Source: Eledone cirrhosa
Taxonomy: Eukaryota
DNA: 64,000 nucleotides
Assembly: GCA_964016885.1 (NCBI GenBank)
Contig: OZ024745.1
Location: forward strand, 78,306,001 to 78,370,000
Direction of reading: 5' to 3'
Shown here: positions 13,936 through 27,380 of the stretch, in pieces
Layout of the letters: every line of letters begins with the position of its first letter
Numbering within the stretch: position 1 is the stretch's first letter
Notes under the pieces: model-generated
Told to the model about the DNA's origin: nothing
Database searches by the model: none
What the model saw: the letters and a program-made list of their open reading frames with translations, nothing else
Program-made: the position numbers and the translations under genes

Positions 13936-14640
13936 TCATCATCATTTTACGTCCCCTTTTCCCTGCTTGCAAGGGTGGGACGGGTCCTATTCAGCACAGC
14001 ATCTCTCCACTTGTCACGGTCCTTCATCATCTCCACCATGAGCTTCAGCGATCTGAGGTCTGCTCTCACCACCTCCGCCTATGTTTTTCATGGTCTACCT
14101 CTACCACGTCTTCCTTCAGCTGGCATTTCTTGGCACTTCTTCACTCATCGGTCATCCTCCATGCGTATCACATGTCCATACCATCGCAGTCTCCTCTCTC
14201 TCAGACACACTTTCTCTCTCAACACATCCATGCTCGGTCGTTCATGCACATTGACATTGCACATCCAACGGAGCATGTTTGCCTCATTTCTCTCCAGCCG
14301 TCGCATATCTTCTGCAGTTGCTGCCCATGTCTCACTACCATGCAGTATTGCGCACCTCACACAGGCATCATATAACTGGCCTTTCGTACGCAGGGAGAAA
14401 TCCTTCTTCGTCAGCAGAGGAAGCAGCTCTCTAAACGTCTACCAACCCGTCCTTATTCTAGATACTATGGCCTCGGAACACACCCCCTCCCATGCTAATC
14501 TGATCACCTAGGTACTGGAAGCTATCAAACACTTCTATAGCACCCACCTGCATTTGAGAAAATGTGTCTATCAATACGACTTCTACTGTCAAATTTCCCT
14601 GTACATCTACTGCCTACGTATTTCTCCCTACCTGTTAGTT
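13936..14640 (-). mobile_element. RTE-clade LINE 3' fragment with (GAT)n tail
   Basis: CAILHGSETWA...RRLERNEANMLRWMCNV...RERRLRWYGHVIRMEDDR. Confidence 0.85.
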
Positions 14641-14770
14641 TGCCTGATATCTCACTACATCTCTTGTGTACCCAAGATCTGCATTGTATATATAAATATA
14701 TATGTAAAAGGTAACCAGAAAGAATACATTGAAGAAATATATTAATATGCTTGAAATAGTAGGAAGAGAG

Positions 14771-14806
14771 TCTTAACGTTTTGGACAATAATCCTTCATC
14801 AGAAGA
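14771..14806 (-). ncRNA. Minimal type I hammerhead ribozyme remnant (Penelope-like), with core G12 mutated to A
   Basis: Minus strand reads TCTT-CTGATGA-A-GGA ttattg TCC-aAAAC-GTT-AAGA: stem I TCTT/AAGA, stem II GGA/TCC, palindromic AACGTT. Confidence 0.55.
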
Positions 14807-15060
14807 TAAAGTTAGAAATAGAAGATAAATAGAAAGAAAAGAATGGAATGGGGAAAAATCAGAAAAAAAAGAGGTGGAAACAAACACGTGCATATTCACT
14901 CACCCATTTTGGATATATATATATATATATATATATACTGTATATAGTGGTAAAAACCTGGGAGGTTATATCAGTAGTAAATAGAGCACTCAGTCCAAAG
15001 GATGAGTTCGGTATTGAGTTAGCCTACAAAAAATTAGCAAACCATACTCGAGGACGCATG

Positions 15061-15094
<34 letters not shown>

Positions 15095-15119
15095 TAGATA
15101 GATAGATAGACGCATACAT

Positions 15120-16400
15120 CAGTGGCGAAGGGTATCGTTGAAAGCAGGGTATGCAGTCCAATCGCCATGACAGAGAGTGGGGCTGTGGAGCCTTACTCCA
15201 CCCCTCCTCTTTTGCAAAATTATTCATCTTCCTCTCCTCCATTTGTAAATGTGATATGAGCTAATTTTAATGTGAGAAAATACATTTCTACCAACAGACC
15301 ACACGTCAGTCTGGATACCCCTCACCACTGGAATTGATGCCTCCCATTAGTAACATCCTGGTACGGGTCTGTCATGATGACCATTCTTCGTTACAAGAGA
15401 AATATCAGTAAATAATAAAACCTTCAAATAAGGAGATATTTTAAATTCATTTGTAAATCAATTCAAATCTTCCTTTCTTTTTGGCAAATTCGTCGATCAC
15501 TTTGCTATAAAATGTATCAGCACTACGCTCTACCTTCATCTTCTGCAAAAGGTCTTTATTCATGGAAATGAAAATCGCATTGCTCAATCTCTCTTCACTT
15601 TGAGAACACCTCATATAATTATTTACTCACTTTAATGAAGAAAACGATCTCTCATGTGAAGCAGATGTGACAGGTATGGACAGAATCAGGCATAATAATT
15701 TTGTTACTTCTGCCAGAGCTTCATTTAGTTCAAATTCCTGTAATATGTCTGTGACTTCCTGAATGTTTGATGTTTGCTTTGCAAAATCTGCAGCTTAAAC
15801 TGATTTCAGCTCGCATTTCAATCCAATATGTTTATATAGACACCCAAAGATAAAATGCTTCCATTGGAAATTTTCTTTTGTAAGTGTGAAAAACTTTCGG
15901 ATTTAACAATTCCACAAATCTGAACTCTGAACTCTCCTATTGTTTTAAATCTTTGCTCAACATGGACCATAATTTCATCCAAAATGTCGTTAAACAAAGT
16001 TCTTAAAACAACTTCTGATTCTTGATATTAACCACGGTTCTCTAGTGGTTCAGCTTCACCATCCAGAACCCGGCAGTAAAATTCCCCAAACTTGTTGTTC
16101 TTGCTATCAACCAATTGTTTCTGGAAGATTTCAACCTCTAGAATACACCTCGAAATATCAAGCGATCTTTTTCGAAAGATTGAAAACAGAATTTCTGAGC
16201 CACTCAATATGGTTTCAAAAAGTGCTAATAAAAATTTAAAGTGAAAATCTAGGATTGCAACGAATCTCCTTGCCTGTGCTAATTCTGAAGCATTCCAATC
16301 CTCTGAATTTTCTAATATCGTTGAAAATAGCTAAAAAAACATAGTAATTTTATCAGATGAATTTTATCGAGATGAATAATTCCAATGAATCTCAGTTAAT
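15120..16400 (-). mobile_element. hAT (Tip100-like) DNA transposon remnant: transposase C-terminus and probable terminus
   Basis: Minus strand ILSIPVTSASHERSFSSLK...RCSQSEERLSNAIFISMNK (hATC dimerisation motif) with stops; CAGTGGCG terminus at 15120 and an inverted copy at 15313-15330. Confidence 0.8.
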
Positions 16401-16484
16401 TTTGGAAATCACCTCCCAACTCTTTCATCCAATAGAGCTATTCAAGCCGTCGAGCTGTCATTTCTAGAGCTGAGTAAATCCCAG

Positions 16485-16590
16485 CAATGTGAAATAAAGT
16501 GTCTGCTCAAGGAAACAACACATCACCTGGTCCAAGAATTGAACTCACAACCTTTCGATTGCAAGCCCAATGCTCTAACCACTAAGCTAT
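16485..16590 (-). mobile_element. tRNA-headed SINE family C, 5' part
   Basis: Minus strand gcttagtggttagagc...gagttcaattc...ccttgagcagacactttatttcac; paralog at 55020-55128. Confidence 0.7.
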
Positions 16591-17062
16591 ATATATATTG
16601 TATATTATATATATATTATATAATATATATTATATATATATATATGTATATATATATATAATATATAATCACAAGCATCATCATACATGTTAACGTCCAT
16701 TTGTCCATATTACGATATGTGGGCAATGCCAGGTCAAGTGACCATGTCTTGCTCATACATAACTGATTCTGGTCTAGGTGCTACAGCTGGGTGCTCTTCC
16801 TAATGCCAACCTCCTTTACACTGACTACTGGGTGCTTTTTGTCACTTGCCTGCACAACCACTTTATAGTGTGGGCTGGGTGCTTTTTATATATTATATCA
16901 TATCATATATATATTATAAATTATATCATATTATGCATATATTATATATATGTATATTATATGTATATATGTATTATATATATAATTTATATATATATTA
17001 TATAAATATCATATATATAATAAATATATATATATTAAATATATATATTATATATAAATATA

Positions 17063-17152
17063 CTTGTTCCTATTACCCACTCTACTACCCTAAGTATTGA
17101 GTACTTTGGTGTGTTATGGTCCACTTGGTTCCTTACCACATTTCCTTCGTTA
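17063..17152 (-). repeat. Dispersed element embedded in (TA)n; paralog of 53762-53850
   Basis: Near-identical reverse complement of taacgaaggaaatgtggtaaggaacc...gtagagtggctaataggaac. Confidence 0.8.
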
Positions 17153-17403
17153 TATTAAATATATATATATATAATATACATATATAATATACATATATAT
17201 AATATATATATATATATTATACAATATACATATAATAGTATATGTATATATAATATATATATAATATACATATATATTAGATATATATATATATAATATA
17301 CATATATATTAGATATATATATATATAATATACATATATAATATACATATATATAATATATATATATTATACAATATACATATAATAGTATATGTATATA
17401 TAT

Positions 17404-17592
17404 GGGCAGTGAATTGGCAGTATCGGTAGAGGGTCGGATACCATGCTTTCCAGCATAGTTACGTCCCTTTACAGTCTGAGTTCAAATCCCATCGAGGTTA
17501 ACTTTGCCTTTCATCCTTGCGGGGTCGATAAAATAAAGTACCAGTAATGCACTGGGTAATTGCTGGCCTTGTGTCAAAAGTAGAAACAATTA
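17404..17592 (+). mobile_element. SINE family A
   Basis: A box tggcagtatcgg, B box gagttcaaatcc, conserved core. Confidence 0.9.
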
Positions 17593-17829
17593 TATATAAT
17601 ATATATATATTATATTATATATATATATATTAAATATAAGTATTATAGATATATTATGTATATATACTATATGTATTATATATTTTTATTATATATCATA
17701 TAATATACATATAAATATATAATGTATACATATAATATATATAATTTATATATGATATATGTATATATACTTATGTGTGTGTATTATATATATATATATA
17801 TAAATATATATATGTATTTAATATTAATA

Positions 17830-18020
17830 ATTATTTCTACTTTAGGCACAAGGCCAACAATTATCCCAGAACATTACTGGTACTTTATTTTATCGACCTC
17901 GTAAGAATGAAAGGCAAAGTTAACCTCGACGAGATTTGAACTCAAACCATAAAGAGCCGTAACACTTTGCTGCAAAGCATGGCATCTGACCCTCTACCGA
18001 TACTGCCAATCCACCACCCT
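17830..18020 (-). mobile_element. SINE family A (inverted relative to 17404-17592)
   Basis: Reverse complement of the family consensus. Confidence 0.9.
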
Positions 18021-18384
18021 TTTATTCCCATGTGAAGTGCATTTCATGATTGATCAGCTCAAAGTAAGATCAGCATTGATCATGCTCGACTCTCAGATCG
18101 ATAGATCATCAGATAAGCTATCGATTCCCAAATCAGACACAGTCTATACTGATTGTAACATGAGCTAATCAATCACAAAACGTGCGTCGCATTAAATAAA
18201 TATAATGATGCTACATTGATACTTCATTCTTACTCTTTATTATTATTACTAATACTCTGCCTCCTAAGGATACTAACTAACATGAAATACCATAAGTAAA
18301 TTACTACATCGGCTTCCGGAACAATATTATCATGGAGTACACAAAAGGGTGAAACAATAAACCTTATACACCAATAAACTAATA

Positions 18385-18497
18385 TAAATATATATATATA
18401 TATATATTGTATAGATATATTTAATATATATATATATATATATACATACATACATATACATATATATATTGTATAGATATATATAATATATATATAT

Positions 18498-18550
<53 letters not shown>

Positions 18551-18559
18551 ATAAATATA

Positions 18560-18602
<43 letters not shown>

Positions 18603-19335
18603 ATAAATATATTTAATATATATATATATACATACTTATATATATATATATATTGTATAGATATATTTAATATATACATATATATATATATATTGTATAG
18701 ATATATTTAATATATACATATATATATATATATACATATATATATACATATATATATTGTATAGATATATTTAATATATACATATATATATATACATATA
18801 TATATTGTATAGATATATTTAATATATACATATATGTATATATATACACACACTGATATACATATATATATATATATTGTATATATATATTTAATATATA
18901 CATATATATATATACACACACTGATATACATATATATACATATATATATTGTATAGATATATTTAATATATATATATATATTGTATAGATATATTTAATA
19001 TATATATACATATATATATCGTATAGATATATTTAATATATATATATATATATACTTATATATATACATACATATATATTTAATATATATATATATATAC
19101 TTATATATATACATACATATATATTTAATATATATACATATATATATACATATATATATTGTATAGATATATTTGATTGATGTATATATATACCTATAGA
19201 TATATTTAATATATATATTGTATATATATATTGTATAGATATATTTGATATATCGTATAGATATGTTTAATATATATATATATATACATATATATACATA
19301 TTGTATAGATATATTTAATATATATATTATATACA
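18385..19335. repeat. TA-rich minisatellite with recurring TTGTATAGATATATTTAA motif
   Basis: Motif repeated with variable (TA)n/CA spacers. Confidence 0.9.
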
Positions 19336-19378
19336 TAACTTGGTCTTACTAAAGAATATGTATTGTGTGTGTAGTATC

Positions 19379-19416
<38 letters not shown>

Positions 19417-19521
19417 GCACGTTGAACTCTTGCTGTTTCAACAGCAAGTTCCAAACTTTGGGACTAGTTATTGAAACTGCAAGAGTTCAGCCATCGGGAC
19501 CCTGACTCTTTCATATGAATA

Positions 19522-19572
<51 letters not shown>

Positions 19573-20269
19573 ATGATATATACTTTTCTTGTAAACACAT
19601 TTTAATCAAAATAAGCCTGTGTTTTTTTTTTTATTTTTATTTTTATTTTTATTTTTATTTTTATTTTTATTTTTATTTTTATAAATGACTGTGTAAATCA
19701 TGTATACCAATTAAAAGATGATTTAAACAGGATAAAGAAGACCAGTGACCTTGATACGATATGAGCCTTGTATGAAGTTTTCAGAATGTGATTTAGTACC
19801 TAAGTGTAAAACATTGTTTTGTTCACTGATTGGAATGTTATTTTTGCAGCGCACCAGTTCTGCTTTTGCTGATAATTAACATAATCATTGAATCATATCA
19901 GTGATATTTTCATACTTCATTTGAACAAATGTTTTCAAATTTTACACAAATTGAATTCAAATGTCAATGATGCATTTTACATACCTTTTGCACTGTGTTT
20001 ATTTTTTATTTTATTCCACTGTGTGATATGACAAATGGTGTTTCTGTTTACTCACATACTTGCACAAATGTTTTCATGTTTTCTTTTTTTGAATTTTGTT
20101 TTCGTTTTCTATTCATTAAATGTTTGTCACCTTAATTTTATACTCATTTATATTATCCATGCTCATAATCTAAGGGATATATATGTATATGTATATATGT
20201 ATATGTATATATGTATATGTATATGTAAAAGGTAAACAGAAATAACAAAATAACAAAACAAAAGGTACA

Positions 20270-20838
20270 GAATGTATATATATATAGATATATGTATATT
20301 TATATGAATATACTTATATATATGAATATATATATATGTATATACATATATAGATAGATATATGTATATTTATATGAATATATATATGCATATATATATA
20401 TGCATATATATATATATGCATATGTATATATATGCATATATATATATATATGCATATATATATATATGCATATATATATATATGCATATATATATATATG
20501 CATATATATATATATGCATATATATATATATATATATATGCATATATATATATGCATATATATATATATATATATATGCATATATATATATATATATATG
20601 CATATATATATATATATATATGCATATATATATATATATATGCATATATATATATATATATGCATATATATATATATGCATATATATATATATATATGCA
20701 TATATATATATATATATGCATATATATATATATATATGCATATATATATATATATATATGCATATATATATATATATATATGCATATATCTATATATATA
20801 TGCATATATCTATATATATATATCCATATATATATATA

Positions 20839-20874
<36 letters not shown>

Positions 20875-20940
20875 TATATATATATATATATGCATATATG
20901 TATATATATATATATGTATATAATATATATATATATATCC

Positions 20941-20980
<40 letters not shown>
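20270..20980. repeat. TGCA(TA)n minisatellite followed by (GA)n
   Basis: Directly visible. Confidence 0.95.
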
Positions 20981-21236
20981 TGGGAGAAAATAAGGAAAAT
21001 GTGACATTCAGTGTAGATGTTAAAGAGTCTTTATTAACAAAGCTGTGATGCATATTTCAATGGTGATCATGGCTATTCCATTGTTTTCTCAAGGCAATAT
21101 TTGGTCGTAATTTTTTTTTTTTTTTTTCTGCAGATTGATTTTTCTCAGTTTCACTCTTCAAGTGAAAGTAGAAATTCTTTGCTTAAACTTTTAATCTATA
21201 TTAATACTAAATATTTTCTCTACTTGTTTATATATA

Positions 21237-21276
<40 letters not shown>

Positions 21277-21321
21277 ACCCTTAACAAGTCCTCTTTGGAT
21301 TTTGATCTTTGTATTTATTAT

Positions 21322-21361
<40 letters not shown>

Positions 21362-21573
21362 TAGTGGACTAGGGGTTGCTAATATATATTGATTTATATA
21401 TATACAAACAACTTCTAAAATTACAGTATGTTATCATTCAATATAATTTATGATACAAATTTTCAACCGTATATATGTCATCCATTATATAAATTATAGT
21501 ATTATATCATATTTATGTATTTTTTATTTGTTTTTTCTTCCCATTGCCTAGTATTTTCTCTTTCTTTTATCAG

Positions 21574-21648
21574 ACACCCAAACCTCCAGAAATACATCAT
21601 CTTCCTCCCAATTATAATAAGGAGAAATATCAGCGAAACCAAAAAGTT
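21574..21648 (+). CDS. COL18A1: Multiplexin hinge exon (TPKPPEIHHLPPNYNKEKYQRNQKV)
   Basis: Polypyrimidine tract plus CAG acceptor, GTAAGT donor, 75 nt, phase 0-0, splices in frame to LKLVALN. Confidence 0.8.
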
Positions 21649-22472
21649 GTAAGTAATATACCATTGCTCATAGTCTTAAAATTGTCTTGTTCTGTATTGC
21701 AGCAAAATCTCATGTAATTATTTTATAACTCCCGTATTTTAAAAGTTAATCACATGGTATCATCTTCCATCTTAGAAACATGGCCCATAATGATTATGGC
21801 CACAGATCCATGCAATCGGAATATTAAAATCTAACCAGATTTTTATTTATTCAAAATATTCTCATTTAAATTTTCCCAAAGACATCTCTTTTAAATAATC
21901 TGATTAATTTTAAGATGAGAATAGACATACAGGAATTCTACATGCTAATAGATCTGTTAAATATGTCCCCAGGTAAACTTTTGTCATATGCTCAAAGAAT
22001 CATTTATTAAAACATCATACTTAGTGCAGATTGAATGCTTTTAGAATGAAATTTGTTTGAACAATGATGAGGATTTAATCATGTAAAAGGTATCAATGAT
22101 AGGAAATAAAATTCTTCCATGAACCACTAACTTGCAGTTATTTCATTATCTAAATGCAGACGAAGTTAGCTTTGCCTTTCATCCTTATGTGGGGTCGATC
22201 AAAATAAAGCACTGGTAATGCACTGGGATTGATTTAATTGACTTTCCCCTCCCCTTGTACCTAAATCAGAAACTATTATCTAAATGTAGGCTAGCTTTAC
22301 TCTTCTAACAGTAAGCATAAATTAACTGCTACATGCCTAATTTCTGTGAAATTCTTACATGTTTATAATCTAAGTATAACTTAAGTTGATTATAAATTTA
22401 ATCCTAACGAAAAACACTGCTAAATATACAATGCTGTTTAAATGTAATGTCATTTCATTTTTTTTCCCACAG

Positions 22473-22670
22473 CTTAAGTTGGTAGCATTGAACGAACCCT
22501 TCACAGGAAAAATGCTTGGAGTAAATAATGTTGATTTCCATTGTCACAGAGAATCCAGAAAAATAGGTTTAAAAGCAACATATCGTGGTTTCTTATCAAA
22601 TCAAATACAAGACTTGAAAACATTAGTCTTTTCTGAACATGAACGTAAATACCCTATTGTGAATTTGAAG
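22473..22670 (+). CDS. COL18A1: Collagen XV/XVIII (multiplexin) endostatin domain, exon 1
   Basis: LKLVALNEPFTGKMLGVNNVDFHCHRESRKIGLKATYRGFLSNQIQDL...PIVNLK matches the endostatin N-half; AG/GT boundaries. Confidence 0.95.
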
Positions 22671-23542
22671 GTAAATTCCAAAGAGTTTGTTCTTTCTAAA
22701 TACAAAATTATTTTCTCTTTCAGCCTTTAAAGTGGTTGTTTTGATATATCTACCTTAATTTTACAGGTTATCCTATCAAATAGATATTTTGCTTCTATAG
22801 AGAACTAATGGATATTGTCATGGAGGAAAAATTGTTTACAAATTAGGTGTTCCATTTTGGAAGGTATTCTCTGACCTAGGTGTCTTTTCAGACACATTAA
22901 GTCAAAGTGTACCCTCCACATTTTAGATGAACATGACCAGAATACAATTGTTTTTGTCTTCCTTGAAAATACTTGATAGATAACAGAAGCCAGTTTACTA
23001 AGAGAGAGCAGTATGAACTTCAATAATTACTTGTATAAAATAAGCAAAAGTGCGCTTTTCCAGAACATTGAAGAAACAGTGCAGAAAATTTGTTTAGCAT
23101 TAGACATGAGGTTTTGTAAATTTCTTGTATGTATAATGATATTACCATGCTAGCGTGGAAGAACGGTCGTAAAACGGTGATGATGATATTTAACCAAATT
23201 GAATTTATTATAATACTAGACAAATCCAGTTGATTCTCCTTTGAAGGATGCTTTCTGAACTTGGCAATAGATAGATAATAGGAATACATAGAGACAGAAA
23301 GAGTAATACATAGATAGGTACAAATCATTGTTAAATATATTATTTACATTTGAATAGTTATTAATGAAAATAAAAAATTTCACTTGTCAAATACGTATCA
23401 AATGTGCCTGTGTTAACTACATGGAAGTGGACTAATGGACAGAGGAAAAAATCAAGTTTATTATTAAAGATACGAAAAGTAAAATAACTGATATACATTT
23501 GTCTATATGCTTGTTTATATTTGGTTAATTTATGTTTTATAG

Positions 23543-23658
23543 GGTGAAGTTCTTGTGGATTCATGGGAACATGTAATTAGCGGAAATGGTGGTTCTTTCA
23601 ACACTTCTGTTCCTATCTATTCTTTTAATGGTCGTAATGTAATGAATAGCTCAAAATG
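23543..23658 (+). CDS. COL18A1: Endostatin domain, exon 2
   Basis: GEVLVDSWEHVISGNGGSFNTSVPIYSFNGRNVMNSSK(W); acceptor ttttatAG, donor GTAAGT, phase 0-2. Confidence 0.93.
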
Positions 23659-23986
23659 GTAAGTGTTCCATTTGTTTATATTGATCCTTTTAAAGTTAAG
23701 TTATTCTTTTTAATCAGATAGTTTCATTTGATTTTTAGATTGATAATTGCTTTACATTTTCTAAAAGATACGTCTAAAAATTTGGCTACAGTTCATTTGA
23801 GGACAATCTTCTGAGTATTATTTCATTTTTCTGTTTTCTCATCATCATGAGACATATATTATTATCAGTTTAGTTGATGATTAAGTATTTTCATATAATC
23901 TTCATTTGAAATTAATTTTGTGAGAGAAGGAGAGGTACTGTTCATGAGCTTTACTTACTTTTACTTACTTTTCTATCTCTCTACAG

Positions 23987-24194
23987 GCCACTGAAATACG
24001 TATGGCATGGTTCCTCAAAAACAGGTGATCGACAGCTCAACAAATTCTGTTCCAATTGGCGTTCATCAGATGCGAAGAATATTGGCAGTGCATCATCCCT
24101 TGTGGCTCACCAGTTGCTAGGCTATGAAGAGTTTCAATGCAACAACAAATTTGTTGTCCTATGCATACAAATTGCCACTGCTAATGGATATTGA
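23987..24194 (+). CDS. COL18A1: Endostatin domain, terminal exon
   Basis: (W)PLKYVWHGSSKTGDRQLNKFCSNWRSS...LLGYEEFQCNNKFVVLCIQIATANGY*; conserved WHGS and Cys residues; stop TGA at 24192-24194. Confidence 0.95.
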
Positions 24195-24344
24195 GCTGGC
24201 AAAACAAGCTACACATAACAACACAAAAACAAATCTCTTCTTTCATTCACTCGCCCAATATGAAATGTAGACGAATGAGTGAATCACTCTCAATATTCAT
24301 ATACTTAAAAGACAAATTCAGTAAAAAGAAAATATAATAATATC

Positions 24345-24350
24345 AATAAA
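24345..24350 (+). terminator. Candidate polyadenylation signal AATAAA
   Basis: First AATAAA, about 150 nt after the stop codon; the hexamer is common in AT-rich DNA. Confidence 0.35.
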
Positions 24351-26140
24351 ATGATAGAGCTCACCTTATGAAGAGACATATGTTGGTCATTTCAGACAAT
24401 AGCAGACAAATCTTCCATAGCATGAACAAACACCAAAAAAACATTTAGAGATTCTTAATCTAAAAAAAAAAAGCATTTTTTCAAACCAACCTTTAAATGG
24501 AAAAAAAATTGTGACAAATCTCAAATTTTATTATATATAGTGAATATTGCCATCACCATTAATAACACATTTATTTAGAATGTCTCTAACTGAAAATGAA
24601 ATTACTACTAATAATAAAAATAATAATTATATTAACATAAAATGTCTACAAACATAATATCATCAACATCTGTATCTTCATCAAGGACATTATCACCATC
24701 ATCATTATCATTACCATAAAATCCATAGCTTAATTTGTTTTTTTTTTGTATCAAATCTGATAATTCTGTAATCTTCCAAGTAACAGGAAAGTTGGTGCCA
24801 TAAGTATTTTCGAGAAATATTTTAATATTCTTAAATCAAATGATGTTAAAAGAAACTGTAAACTCAGGTGTCAGGGGTGATAGTCATAATGATGATGGTG
24901 ATGATGATGATAAATATGGAGGCGATGACGATGTCAATGATGGTGCTGGTGGTGAGACACTGGGTGTGGATGATTGTAATGATGATGATGACAATGAGAG
25001 AAATAATGAAAAGGATAGAACAAAGTACAAAAGCAAGATGTCAGCAATTACATTAATAACCAAAAGTATATATATATATATGTGTGTGTGTTCATAATAT
25101 ATATATGTTTATGTATATATACATATATATATATGTATGTATGTGTGTGTGAGTGTGTGTGTACATACAAATATACCTGATTGATGGCAAGCAATAATAA
25201 AAGCAATGAATATTACAACACCCACAACAAAAACAACACCATCAAATATGAGTTAAGATAAAGTAACAATTCAACAATGACAAAAATAATCAAACTAATT
25301 AACTTTTTTGTTTTTTGTTGTTTTTTTTTCCTTTTTAGTATATTTGTTTGTTTGTTTGTTTGTTTCTAAAGAAAAAACATCAAAATTTGAAACTGCATCA
25401 CTGCTTCAAGATGTTTTGGTCAGGGATGTTCAAGAAATGTGCCAGATATTATATTATTGGAGAAAATCTGAAGCTACTTTTTTTACAAATAAAGACAAAC
25501 CTAACTGCCTTATATATTACTACAACTGTGATATTCTTAAACATATTTAGCAAGACCTAATATAAATCTATGCTGGTAACAGGTGATCTCCCCACTCCAA
25601 CCAAAAATAAAACAGGAAAGATTGGAGACACCTCTGATTAATCGAATCATGCAGCTTCTTATTGTGTTGTAATTAAGCTGTCCCCTCCCTTGTTTACATC
25701 TATCTCTGCATATGATATTTTCTATACTTAAATCCTCACTCTCATCTTACAGTGTGTCCTATAGAATGTCAAAAGTAATACTGTGATGAAAAAATTTATA
25801 AACAATAGATACAAAAATACTCACAAAGTTGCTGTCAAAATATTTCTTATTAGTTACACACAAACATACATAGCAGATAAAAATAAAATAATCCAAATCT
25901 TTTACTGATATTACTTTATTTCTTACCTTTATAATATAATTAGTAGTATTAATAGTAGTATTAGTGTTATTAATCTTAGTATGCTCTTAGCCTTCTACGT
26001 CTAATAAAAAAAAGTCCAACCAAGTACTGAAGTATTGCCTAGTATTTAAGTGATTCTACCTTTCCCCAAAATATTTTATCTTGCACCTATCTTACAGATA
26101 ATCATCATCATCGTCATCATTATTATCATTGGCAATAATA

Positions 26141-27380
26141 ATTGTTTCTATTTTAGGCACAAGGCCAGCAATTACCCAGTACATTACTGTTACTTTATTT
26201 TATCGACCCCGTGAGGATGAAAGGCAAAGTTAACCTCGGCGGGATTTGAACTCAGATCATAAAGGGACGTAACTCTATGCTTCAAAGCATGGTGTCTGAC
26301 TCTCTACCGATACTGCCAATCCACCGCCCTCTTTCACCTATCTAATAAATAGCCATCATCATTGGCAATAATAAATGTTTCCACTTTAGGCACAAGGCCA
26401 GCAATTACCCAGTGCATTACTGGTACTTTATTTTATCGACCCCATAAGGATGAAAGGCAAAGTCAACCTCGGCGGGATTTGAACTCAGATCGTAAAGGGA
26501 CGTAACTATGCTGGAAAGCATGGCGTCCGACTCTCTACCGATACTGCCAATCCACAATGATGGCTATTTATTAGATAGCTGAAAGATCAATAAAATAAAG
26601 TACCAGTTCAGTATAATCAGTATAATCAACCCTTTAATGCATAAAAAATTGCTGGCCTTATGTCTCAATGAGAAAATTTTAATATCATTATTATGATAGT
26701 ACTTATAAAGTACCAGTAATGTACTGGGTAATTGCTGGCCTTGTCCCTAAAGTAGAAACAATTATTATGATAGTGCTAGAATTACTGAAATTGTAAAATG
26801 TTGAACAAATATCTTGTGGTATGTACTTCTTGCCCGCTATATTCAAATTTCATCTGACAGATTCCATTTTGCCTTTCATTTGTCTGGCTCGATTCAATCA
26901 AGTGAACCCCTGCCCTACCAATGTGTTTGGCATTGTACCAATTTAAATAATGATTAGAAATCATTATTATCATTGTAAGGGCGGTGGATTGGCAGTATTG
27001 GTAGAGGGTCGGACGCCATGCTTTCCAGCATAGTTATGTCCCTTTACGATCTGAGTTCAAATCCCGCCGAGGTTGACTTTGCCTTTCATCCTTACGGGGT
27101 CGATAAAATAAAGTACCAGTAATGCACTGGGTAATTGCTGGCCTTGTGCCTAAAGTAGAAACAATTATTATCATTGTTATTATTATTATTATTTATTTTG
27201 GCAGTATCGGTAGAGGGTCGGACGCCATGCTTTCCAGCATAGTTACGTCCCTTTACGATCTGAGTTCAAATCCCGCCGAGGTTGACTTTGCCTTTCATCC
27301 TTATGGGGTCGATAAAATGAAGTACCAGTAATGCACTGGGATAATTGGTGGCCTTGTGCCTAAAGTAGAAACAATTATTA
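26141..27380. mobile_element. Cluster of SINE family A copies: 26141-26330(-), 26375-26555(-), partial copies 26580-26765, 26979-27165(+), 27199-27380(+)
   Basis: Near-identical copies; the 26979 copy is flanked by the TSD attattatcattgt. Confidence 0.9.

Noticed and set aside
13872-14511. 167-aa and 205-aa plus-strand ORFs
   Set aside because: Antisense shadows of the minus-strand RTE fragment
21134-21180. Strong acceptor (poly-T ctgcAG) upstream of the hinge exon
   Set aside because: No convincing donor follows; the frame runs into TA repeat
24840-25097. Asp-rich 85-aa ORF
   Set aside because: Degenerate (GAT)n trinucleotide repeat downstream of the stop codon
26979-27070. tRNA genes
   Set aside because: The A and B boxes belong to SINE heads; no complete cloverleaf, and each is followed by the SINE body
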